From positions 64,001-128,000 of IMG/VR virus record IMGVR_UViG_3300027365_000009: a stretch of DNA of 64,000 nucleotides, one strand, 5' to 3'. Source of the DNA: a virus. Positions 17,995-29,300 of this stretch are shown piece by piece; the stretch's first letter is position 1; every line of letters begins with the position of its first letter. The translations under genes were made by a program, and so were the position numbers. The notes below the pieces were generated by a model. The model saw only the letters and a list, made by a program, of their open reading frames with translations, had not been told where the DNA came from and ran no database searches.

Positions 17995-20900
17995 ATCCGC
18001 ACAGGGTGCCGCTAAGGTACTGGAAGAGAGCAGTTTGGTGGGCCCATCTTCCTTTGGATCAAACCGCCGTGTTTGCCCCCGGAGGTTGGTGAAGTTGGCA
18101 TCCGGTGAGAGATACGCCACCACCCCCACGTCTCCCGAATCAACGGTGGACTCACTGACGACCCCCAGATCCGACTTGTGGTATTTCCGGGTACGTTCCA
18201 CCATCGATTTGCCACCACGACCACCATCACCTCGGTAAGACATGACCTCCTGCTCACGCATATTGGCAAAGGGGTTGGTGTCCTCTACTAGCGAGACCGA
18301 TGGATCTTGCACGATCTTCTGCCAGACAGCATGTGGGTTGAGTTCAACCGCATGATCGCCCATTCCGGCTTTGGCATTAAATGTTTTCGCCGCCCGTGCA
18401 AGTTCACCATACACCATTCCAGCGAAGCGCTCATAGCCGCGATAGCGCATGTACGCACCGTCTACTTCTTCCGGTGAGAAGTCCGTTTGTAGGAGTTCCA
18501 CACCACGTAGGAGCAAGGGACCAAATTCGGTGGGCTCGCCCATCTCTTCCAATAGACCACGGGTGATGGGATCGACCCAGGCTTGGAACAGGGCATCGAT
18601 TTCACGAAGATACCGTACGCCAAGCCCCGCGTCCTCTAGAATGCGATAATAGACGTCTTGACGGTCAAAGTCCCACACGCTGAATTGTTTCAAGGACTGA
18701 TGATACCGATTGAAGCCCGCCATCACCATCATGGCTTTCTTGTCCAGTCGTGAGAACACCAGCGTCTCGTCCTGGAAAACGATACGGTATTCATCTGACG
18801 TATACGGGATATGCTCGCCACGTTTAAAGCGGCTCACCGATGCCCCTACCATCTTAATGAGTTCCGCCAGGCCGAACCGGTAGGCCAACACCACCCCGAC
18901 TGGCAAACTTTTGTTTGCCACGGTCATATCCACCACTTCTAGCGGGGCTTTTCCCAAATCCAATCCCAAGACATCATGAATCGTGCCTGCAACCTCAGTA
19001 CCTTCCTCTGTCACGACGTAAAACACATCGTTATGGTCCACTAAAAGGGGCACATTCCGGTAACGTCCCACGACCACCAGGTCATCGGTCTCGTGGTCAC
19101 TGACGTCAAACCCGGCGGTCTCTTTGAAATGCTTCTCTCGGGAATGATAATCCAAGTAGAAATGGTAATCCCCACTTTTAAATGCACTCATTCGACTGGC
19201 GAGGATCGAATACACTCGGGGGAGGTCCAGGCTTTTATCGAACACATTGGATAGTCTGACATCCCCAATATGATCGTTATCCTGGTCCAGTCCCTGTTCG
19301 GTGATCTGCGCCGTCAACCACTTCGCGTAATTATTGGTCACGCGTTCACTGCGATCCAAGAACGTCTTGTTATAGTACGACGTTAACGCCACACGGTGGG
19401 GATGAACCTTCCGTAAAGGAACGTCAACCCGTTGAAGTCTTAGTCGATTTGACACCCCGTTAGAGATGAACCGTCCATCGTCATCCACCACAGGCAGGCG
19501 AAAACGAACCGTTGACTGACGTCCTCTCACGGGCTTCAGCGTCACCGTATGGACTTCGTAGTGGTTCATGGTGTCTTGAACGGTTTCGACACTATAATCT
19601 TTAACGGCAATCCCCTGTTGCTGAATCGCCAAAACGGATGACACCACATCCTTGTGCATGACATTACGCAGATACTGTTGGTTCATTACCTTCAGTTTGG
19701 AATGTAGCATGGACTTATCGGGGATGGTGTCTCGATCGGGGAACGCCGGAATGTCCGGTAGGGCGAGATCCTCCTGAGATACCTCCAGAAGCGTTTCTAG
19801 GGACTGCCCTGACCCGTAGGGGTCTTTGAGCTTCTTGTACGTCTCAGCGTCCTGTATGGCCCTCTGATAGGCTTTCCCTGACATCAGCCCGATATCGTGC
19901 AATTCCCACGCTTTCTTGGCGATCGGCTGGGTCAGGCGTTCTTCCGTTCCTACCGGCTCAACCTCAATGGGATCGTCCTGGTCAGCAACGTTGGGGAGAC
20001 TAACCTCACTGTTATCGGGACCGTCGGATTCGCGTCCATCAAACGCCGGTTGGGGAACCAACGGATCACTGACCGGTTCGGGCAGTACCAGGTCGTCATC
20101 AAGCCCGTTAAGAAGACTTAAACCGAACGACTCGTCGGGAGTCGATGCCTGGGCCGTTGATGTCTCGGTATCATCCGTTTGGGATGCTGGGGTATCTGAC
20201 GATGGAGTCGATGATGTGGTAGGCGCTGCCTTGGTCTGGGCGGGGCCTTCGTTTCGATCGAGTTGGGTGACACCACCGACCAGGTCGCGTAGTCCATGGA
20301 GTAGACGGAGGAAATACCTCTGTAATGTACTTGCGCTAAGGCCAGAGTCCTGGTCATCATCTTTCTCCTTCCGCCACTCGTTGAGTTTCCCCAAATTAAT
20401 GACAAAGAAGTAGCCCTTTACCTTAATCAGGTAATTGACATGGTCGATGGCGTCGTCAGACAGGACACTTAACGATGACAACTCCCGATCATCCGAAAGC
20501 CACAACCACAGGTCCAGAATGTTGAGTTCGGCAGGCCCTGAAAAAGCCGCCAGTGACTTCTGGGTGATGGTCCGTTCAATCCGTTTGAAGTCCTCAAACG
20601 TCGGAATGCGATCCGGGAGATGGAGGTCCACAAACTGGTGACGTTTAAACCGCCGATGGGTGGCTTCCACGTTATCCCAGAAGGTCCGAGCCACGTTCTT
20701 CCACCGGAAGTATTCCGCCTTATAGGAAGGGATATACCGATAGAGGTGAGAGAGCAGTGCGTAATTCACCACCAGCAGGTTCTTGGGGTTAATGGTGAGG
20801 GCCTGGTCTTTCCGCAGTGGCTTGAACAGACGGTTCTTACGCCGGTATTCGTTCTCCATCATCCGGGCATTGAACACGGTCCTACGTGGACCACCTTCGA

Positions 20901-21135
20901 GATGCCGTAACTCATGGAGGTGTTCGATGAAAATCCGACCTCCTACGTCAGAAAAGATCGGGTCTTGAGGGTTGGGACCATAGCTCACCGTGTCGTCCGG
21001 CCAGAAATGGTACACGCTTTCCAGCGGGAAGGTGAGTTGGTTAATTGGCGTCAGGTGGGGCTTCATCAGTTGGTTACGGTGACGTACCCCAACCTGACGA
21101 TAATACTGTGGATATTTTAACCGCATGGGACTCAT
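17995..21135 (-). CDS. rpoB: Virion RNA polymerase beta-like subunit (gp178-like), exon 1; spliced product ~1432 aa
   Basis: GDGGRGGKSMVERTRKYHKSDLGVVSESTVDSGDVGVVAYL (beta region D-like); 1047+307+78 aa join in frame. Confidence 0.9.
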
Positions 21136-21146
21136 CCCTATTGATG

Positions 21147-21333
21147 TTAGGCAAATGTCTCGACGGGATCGCCGGTCATGAAGCGCAAGGCAAGTTTGAT
21201 GGTGTGGATATCCACACTGAAAGCTAGCCCACCACCTGCGTCGAGGTACGCCTTACGTGTGTTAAAATGTTTTTCCGCTTCTTCATTAGCTTCTTTCGAA
21301 TAAGTCGCCAAATAGGAAATGGTATCGCCGTCA
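21147..21333 (-). CDS. rpoC: Virion RNA polymerase beta'-like subunit (gp180-like), exon 2; absent from the ORF track
   Basis: T GAC GGC GAT ACC ATT...GCC TAA; completes GGDF-DGDTISYLATYSKEANEEAEKHF. Confidence 0.88.
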
Positions 21334-21783
21334 CGTTATGTCCACTTGAGGCGCTACCCTCAAGCCGGTGTGCTAAGACACCCGCCCACCGTCACCGGTG
21401 GGGCCAGACCATATCTCCACCCGCCGACGATGACGTCGGGTAGGGTGCCTCCCGTTTCCCCGCCGCTTGGCAGGTACTCTACTCGCTTCTCCCCGTGGGG
21501 TGCTTTCGATGGTCGTTGAACTCATCCCTTAGTGTATCAGCACCTTAGAGACTTCGCTGCGTCGGTTGTGTCTACCATTGACGTTTTTACCATGCCCACC
21601 ACTTCCATTACTGGGGTGGGTATTACACTCAGTTTCCTGGTGTAAGTGGTAGTCAATGACGTAACGACAGTTTCCCGCAATTAGAGAGGTTTTACTAAAG
21701 GTGCTTTCACACCTTGGGACTCTGATCAAATAGCATATTTTTCAATGTCATTTAGATGAGAAAAAATCTACACTATTTTACTA
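21334..21783 (-). ncRNA. Group I intron (ORF-less, 450 nt) inside the Phe codon of the DFDGD catalytic motif
   Basis: P1 GGGACUU/GAGUCCC with U.G; P AAUUGCGGGAAA, R UCAACGACCA, S GAGAUAUGGUC; omega-G at 21334. Confidence 0.92.
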
Positions 21784-23243
21784 AAGTCCCCACCCAATTG
21801 CCCGAGCGTAATGGGACTGACTGACAATGAATCATGGTATTGAGGATCACCACCAAGCCTTGGGTATTCCAACGCCAAGGGAAGCGAATTATCTCGTTCA
21901 AACTCATGATTCAATGGGTAGCGAAGTTCACCCACCACGGTGGTCTTTACGTAGCTTTTTACCGGAATCGAAGAATACATGCCTGTCACGGGATAGCGTG
22001 TAATAAACGCATGGTTTTTGTACCACATCGAAAGGCCAGTGAGGTATATCAGTTCCACGTACGTGATGGGCCTCACCCACTGGGTGTCCCACCCCTCAGG
22101 GACTTCGTCGATACTCCGGAGGATACGATAGTTCTGTTCATCGTCTACATACACCAGCGCCAGGTAATGGCCTGCCACTTCCACATAACGGTGACGCTTG
22201 TCCACGACTTCTAAGTCGTTGATGACTTTCTCCAACCCTTCGTCTGTACTCCAACGATCCATGTCTTCGTTAGAGACCTCCACCCACACCCGCTGATAGG
22301 TCTTCGGGTCCACCAGCTCGACATTATTCGAGGTACTGGCAAAAATCTCTCCCACCAGGGAGGTTTTCAGGTGATAGATCGTCTTGGGAAGTACTGCCTT
22401 GGCAGCCTGATAGAGACCGACTTGGCAGTCGTTAAACCGTGGTCGATTCGGAGCGTCAAGATCGGGCACCGACGTGTCCATGGAGGAGATCACATTTCGG
22501 GTACCATTAAATACCCGTCGTGACGCCCAACGCCCCTGAATAAAACCTTTCTTACCAGAAATCAGATTTTCAATGTATTCATAGATCGCCTGTAGACGTA
22601 GAGTCAATACGAAACGCGTTCGATCGTACAGAGGGAGATCGCTTTTACCAATCTGGTCTGGAAGGTTACGGACGAGCATAAGCACGTTTTGGTACAGCTC
22701 ATTGATCTCATCCATGCTGACGCGGTTATCGCTGTCGATATCAGCGTCCCGGAGTCCCGCCGGCATTACCAACAAGTGTTTCAGGGTGGCCTGTTGACGA
22801 TACCGATTGATCAGCTCGACACGCATGTCCCGACTGGACGAACCTGTTTTCTTAGGGGACAGCTCCTCCCAGTGTGTCATGAAGAAAGCATACCCCGTCG
22901 CGCCATCCAGTTCAGTGGCGGCTTCAAAATCTTTTTCTTCGGGATTCCATTTGGCGTATTCTTGTCCTGAGAGAATTCCTTTATAAAGACTTTTGAGTTT
23001 GATCAGTCGAGAGTACATGACGGGATGCAGGACAGCAATCTTTAGTGGGATGTACCCAAAGCGACGATCCCGGTCGGGGTCACCCACCCGACCAAACGTG
23101 ACGGTGGAGAAGAGCCCATCATCATGGAAATTTCCACCCGGACCATCAAAGATGTCCAAACTGGTAATCGGACGAAGGCGTTGTAGCTGTTGTGGGGTGG
23201 GTGAGAGTAGGGATAAATTAAAAGGTACACTAACTGATTTCAT
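21784..23243 (-). CDS. rpoC: Virion RNA polymerase beta'-like subunit (gp180-like), exon 1; spliced product ~548 aa
   Basis: FHDDGLFSTVTFG, RFGYI, LLVMPAGLRD, GKKGFIQGRWASRRVFNGTRNVIS, TRYPV, ends LGGD-TT. Confidence 0.9.
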
Positions 23244-23337
23244 AGTCTATCCTGTATAAAAGAATCGTCACAGTATTAGGTAGAAGCGTGAAAGCGCTAG
23301 ACGATATGACAGACTTCCTAGCGCCGGAGGATATTCC

Positions 23338-26300
23338 ATGGCGGATAAAAGAAAAGACCTCGAAGAAGAGAACCTGGATTTACGGATTCTTGACCTCGAT
23401 GCGTTAGACGATGAATTTGATTTTGATCCCCCGAAAGACGATAAACCCGTTAAACGGTTTGCGGTCAATTTTAAGCGGGGGTTTTTACAGCAGACCAAAT
23501 CAAAAGTCCTGCTGCGCAATTTCTTACGCAGTTCTCTACCGGATGGTTATTCCCGACTCTGGGCTGCGGGTGAGAGTGCGTTCTCTAGCGGTAAGTCCAC
23601 GGCAGACGACGTCTTCCGGGAAACCGCGCCTGAGCTGGACAGCATTGCCCAAAAGATGGAAGAGGTCTTGCCGAATATTGAAGGCAGGACACCAAAGCGT
23701 CTTTATGGGCGTATTGAAAAGGGAGTAGGACGTTTCCGTCGGGCGACTCAGGATCAACAAGACTCAGGATTCTCGCGTCGCACCCAGGCGGATGACGATA
23801 ACAGCGAACTTGCCGACGCACTGGATGCGCTTAATGAAACATCGCGTGCTGAAGGTGAACAGGCGTCATTAGAAGCTGAAGAAAGACGCGTCCGCGATAA
23901 GCTGGACGCGGGGCGCTTTGACGTTCTGACGCGCCAGATGGACCGCATCGGGACGGGCGTTGAGCATCAGGTTTCATACCAAGACCAGATTCAGTACAAG
24001 TTCCAACGCAAGTCCTTAGAACTTCAATACCGTTCTTATTTCGCACTGCGCGACCTGCGTAAGTTTGCAGAAGTCGCCCAAGACACGCATGAGACGGCTT
24101 ACAACGCCCTGGTTCACAACAGTGCGTTACCTGATCACCTCAAAATGACGAAAAGTCAGCGGGTGAGGTTTGGAACTCAGGACAGCCTCGTCGGTGCCTT
24201 GGGTACCCAGATGGCGGCCTCATTGCCTGGGTTCTTGGCTTCCTACTACCCCACCATTATGGAGAATATCCGTAAGAGTGCGGTGCAGGGCATTCAAGCT
24301 GCGGGCGGTATGCTCTCTACCACTGACATGATGAGTGGGATGGGCGGCGACAGCGCCAGCACCGCCGGTCAGGTCGCCGGAGATGTCGCTGGGGGCTTTT
24401 TCCGCAATACCCTGGTGTCACGGGCTGCCATGATGGCCAAGCCTGGTATGGAGCGTTTAGGGGACAAGCTGGGTGGTGGGCATCACGTAGTGTCCTATTT
24501 CCTGAATAACCTCCCCGCATTACTGCAGGAGTACACTCAGGATCACTCCCACTCCACCGGGTTCCGTGGCGTTATCCAACGGATGGTGCGTGCTATTGTC
24601 CCGTCCTATTACCAGGACGATACTTTAGAGGACGGTTCCTTTCAGACCATTGATCGACAAGCGGCCTTTAACCAGCTGACACAACGTTCCATCGTTGAGG
24701 TCATCCCCGGATACCTGTCGCGCCTCCTGCAAGAAACCCGGATGATTCGCACCGGAAGTGACGACGTCGAACGTGAAGTGTGGGATGTCACCACTGGTCA
24801 GTTCACTGGTTATAAAGCGGCGAGAAAAGCCCTTCAGGGTCGTGTCATTAATGAGGCCCAGCGCCGCAACATTGATGCCACCCTTAATCAAACCGTCGAG
24901 AACTTTGATCCGGATGGCTACCTGTCCGACACGGCACGTGCTGTCCTGAAAGAACGGATGATGCGGGAAGCCTCCCGTAATGACCGTTTTGATCCCAACA
25001 CCTATGCGTCGGGTGAAGGTTATGGGGAGGAGGTCGATGACGCCACCCTGAAGGAACTGACGTCGTTCTTTAAGGCCCAGTTCGATTTTGACGACCAAGG
25101 CAGTATGGTAGAGGACGCCGAAAACCGTCGGCGCCGTAATGCCTTTTCGGACGCCTTCCTGGAAGTACGTAATACCATCCCCGACCCACGCGCAGAGATT
25201 CAGCGGATTTCAGGGGTGGGGATGCAAGAGATCCTCCACGACCTGGGACTGATGACCAGTGATTACGGTCGTAACCGGGTGAACTACGATCGTGTGTGGG
25301 ATCTGTATCGTGGCGATGGTCCTTCAACGCCCAACCGTAGCGGTCCGCGTCCTGAGGGACCGATCCCCCGTACCCAAATCAAGACCGGGTATGACGAGAA
25401 CGTTACCTTTAAAGAGTCTGTCCAACGGGCTAAAGAGGCGGCCAAGGAGAATCTGCGGTTCAAACGCCTGAAAATTGAACTGCCTAAGTTCGATGACGCG
25501 CTTATCAAGCGTCTACCTGAATTGGATGGGAAAACCCTCGCCAAAGTGGTGGAGTGGCGGCCTGAGCTGCTCGATGCATTAAAACGTATCGATGGGGATA
25601 TTGAACTCCGCCTTGCTCCCCATATTGAGAAATTACGCCAACGGGGCAAACCGAAGAAACTGGATCGTGAGACCGCTGAAGCCCTGTGGACACTCGTATC
25701 AGAAAAATCCCGGCATGAGTGGGATGATGTAAAAGCTAAGGCCAAAAAGCACTACGATCAAGCGGAAGAGGCCACACGGGATTGGCGGATTAATACCGCA
25801 AGCGATGTCCACGAAACCGTAGAGAAAGCCAAGAAAACCTGGGAAGGTGTTGACAAAGACCCTGAGTCTTGGAAAGAGAAGGCGGCCAAGAAAACTCAAG
25901 AAGAGAAACAGCGACTTAAGGAGACTTGGGAAAAGACCCGTACTGCAACTGAGGAGCAAACCGAGCAGCTCAAAGAGCAAGTTCGGGAACACACCGATCC
26001 GATGGTTGAGCAAACGCGTGAGAATGCGAATCGCTGGCGCGAAGAAGCCAGTCGTCGTTCGGAAAATATCCGTGAACAGTTCGCCCAACGGGTACGGGAT
26101 CCACTCCATACACCCAGCGATGAAACGACCCCCGGTTATGGTCAAACCGAATACGATCAATACGTCGATGGTATTCAGCGTATAGCAGAGCGGCAAGCGG
26201 AGACGTCCGATAACATCTTTACCCTGCTACGTGAAGAAATGCAGCGTGGCTTCAAGGTAAGGGAGCTTCCGGAACTAACGTTTGCCGATCAGGATGGTAA

Positions 26301-29300
26301 CGCCACCAAAGCGAAAGGTAAGGCCAAACCTGAGAAGAAATGGTCATCCATCCTGAAACGGGGAGCTGATGGTATTGCGGGGTACTATAAGAACCTATTC
26401 CCGGGCATCGGTAAGGGGATGGGTGGTCTCGTTTCAGGTATGGGACGTGGTACGGGTGCTGTGTTCAGTGGAATGGGACGTGCTGTCGGCCGCATGATTG
26501 GCGGTAAAGAGGACGAGGTATTGCCTGATATCTACGTCAAGGCCCGTCCTGACACGCCTGTTCTGCTAGCACGTGACATTAAAACCGGGCGTTATATTGA
26601 CGCCAACACCAACACCGTTATCAAAAGTATTGATGACATCACCGGTGGGGTGTGGGATACCGTTGAAGAACGCATCGCCATCACCCATACTGAGTTTGAA
26701 GAGGGCCTTTTCACACGAGGAGGCGAGAAAATTAAAACTACTCGGGGCCCTGGGATTTTGGGTACCTTGGGGAGTTTTTATAACAACGCTTACCTCAAGC
26801 CCACCCTCTTTGCGGCAAAACAGCTCCCCAATTTAGGGAATGTGGCCAAAGACATGATCTTCTCCGAACGGGATGCGTATATTCCCGGGGAGAAAGAACC
26901 TCGGATTCGGGCGAACCTACTGAAAAAGGGGATTTATTTCGACCAAGCCACAGGTGATCCCATCACCCGCTATAAGGACATTTCGGGCACCGTGGTGGAT
27001 GCCAACAACAACGTCGTTGTCAATGCTGCCGAAATCCCTCACCTGGTTGGTTATGACGGACGTCCTCTTGAGACAGCCGGTACTAAGCTAGGTGGGGTAG
27101 CCAAAGCCATCGGTGGGGCGTATGTGGGGGCCCTTAAAGCAGGATGGCACGCTACGAAATCGGTAGCGAAAGGTGCTTTTGATCTAGGCAAAGCGGTTTC
27201 GGATCGTGTGATTGGCATGATTCGTGGCAAGCGAGGGAAGCGTGATGAAGAATCCATGTCCCGTGAAGGTCAGATAATCTCCATTCTGGGGGGTATTTAC
27301 GACCTGCTCGATCAGCGTCTTCCTCAGAACCAAAACTTCCGTAAAGGGTCATGGCAGGAAGAACTTGCCAAACGAGCTGAAGAACGGGAAGAGGAGAAAG
27401 ACTTCAAGGAAGAACAAGAGTGGCGAGAAGAAGGTATCTTCGGAAGAATTGGTCGTCGTCTAGGTGGTCTACTGGGAATGTACCAGGACCGTCAGGATAC
27501 CCTCGATGAGATCGCCGAAAACACCGAAGACATGGACGATGGTGGGACTGACATACTCGCGACAGGTGGCGGAGACGGTCCTGATGGCCGACGGCGTCCT
27601 GGTCGCACCCGACGTACCCCTAAGAAGCCTGCACCAAAAGGGTTTTGGCGTAAAGCCGCTCATTACGGCGGTAAAGGTTTCCGTAGTGTGGGTCGCGGTG
27701 CAGCGTCACTTGGACGCGGTGCCCTGAACCTGATGGGTATGGGAGGTCTCGCCAATCCGATCGGTCGTGCCGCCGGTGGTCTCGGTAAGGGTATGGCCTG
27801 GGCCGGTAAGGGTCTGTTCGGTGTTGGGGGCATGCTTGTCCGCGGTGGAGCAATGGCCGCCACGGGCTTGGTCAGTATGTTGGGCGCCCCCGTGGTGCTC
27901 GCCGGTACTGCTGTCGCCGGTGCTGCGGCTGGCGGTTTTTGGTTGTGGAACCGCCACAAGAAGACGGCCGGTAAGTTCCGGCAGTTGCGTCTCGCTCAGT
28001 ATGGTTTCCCCGAAGATGGTGGGTTACAGCGCCGGGTGGTTGCCCTGGAAAACCGCCTGGATGAGGTCACCCAACGCAATGAAGGTTCTGAGCCCACGCT
28101 GAACTTACCGGAAATCGACCCATTAGAGTTAATTGAAATAATGGGCATTTCAGAGGACGATGAACCCGCCCTTCTCGCCTTGGGGGATTGGTTTGCCAAC
28201 CGGATGCTTCCCGTTTATCGCAAGTACCAGCAAGTGATGATGACCCACTTCCCCGATACCCCCTTGGGGGAATTGGATGACGTGGTGGATCATGATACCG
28301 CAGGTGATATTCTGCGCATGGTCTCATTTAGCGACGGTGGGAGTAGTCCTTACCAAGTGCGTGCTAATCCCTTCGATCCCGAGACCCCACTGCCGGATGT
28401 CACATCCATTATTGAAGAACGTAAGGAGGCAATTCGTAAGGAGTATGATACCCCGGAAGCGGTACGTGACGCTTCCCGTGCAACCACCGCAGGGGCGGGA
28501 AGTACCGCGGCAATCATGACGTCAGTTAATCATGCCGTCGTACAAGCCCGTGAACGTGAGCGACGCAATAGACAGGCTGAACAGCAAGGAGGGCGTCAGG
28601 TATTTGGTAACGTGGGAGCTACTGCTGCGTTAGCGGTTGCGGGCGCTACTAACGTTACTGAACTGGCGAGTCGCCGCGCGGCGATCCCCGAGTACCGTCG
28701 CATGACCGGTAGTAACCTCACGGCCCTTCAAGCCATGCGGGTGCGGGGGTATGGCCTAGTTGACCTTAACCGGTCAAAGGTCATTGCGCTACTGACCCTT
28801 GAGGATACGGTAGTCCCTTACTTAACGTTCAGTGGGGATGGGACAGTTGCCTTTGAGGGGAGTATCAATGATGTTTTCCGTGAGGTTGCGCCCCTCTTTG
28901 GTCTATCGTTGTACGGGTCATCCACAGGGGACGAAACACGAACCGACAAGGAAAAGTTCCGTTTGTGGTTTAGGAGTCGCTTTTTGAGTGTCTTCCTCAC
29001 CTACGTCAGTGCAATCCGGCAGATTGACGAAAACGTCGGTATCCCGAACGCGGAGCGTCGATTGGATGACATTGGTAAACTGGACGTCGGAAAGAGCCTG
29101 TACTCCGCCACCTGGGAATCGCGGGAGTCGGGTACCATGTCGGTTTGGGAAGTTCCATGGTTGATCTTTGATCAGCCCGCGGCCTTCTCTGCCAAGGAAT
29201 TGGCGAAGATGGAGTTGATGGTATTGGAACAGGCAGTGAGTGGCGAAACCGTAGGGACAGCCGCACAAAGTGCAGAGCAGGCACGTCAACAGGCCCAAGG

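Noticed and set aside
14964-21729. Small ORFs overlapping the introns (14964..15239, 21319..21519, 21529..21729)
   Set aside because: They overlap ribozyme cores or exons in other frames and have no recognisable coding features.
14398-23243. RNAP fragments as pseudogenes, frameshifts, inteins or stop-codon recoding
   Set aside because: Each break is explained by a group I intron with exact in-frame junctions. No intein motifs are present, and other genes use all three stop codons normally.
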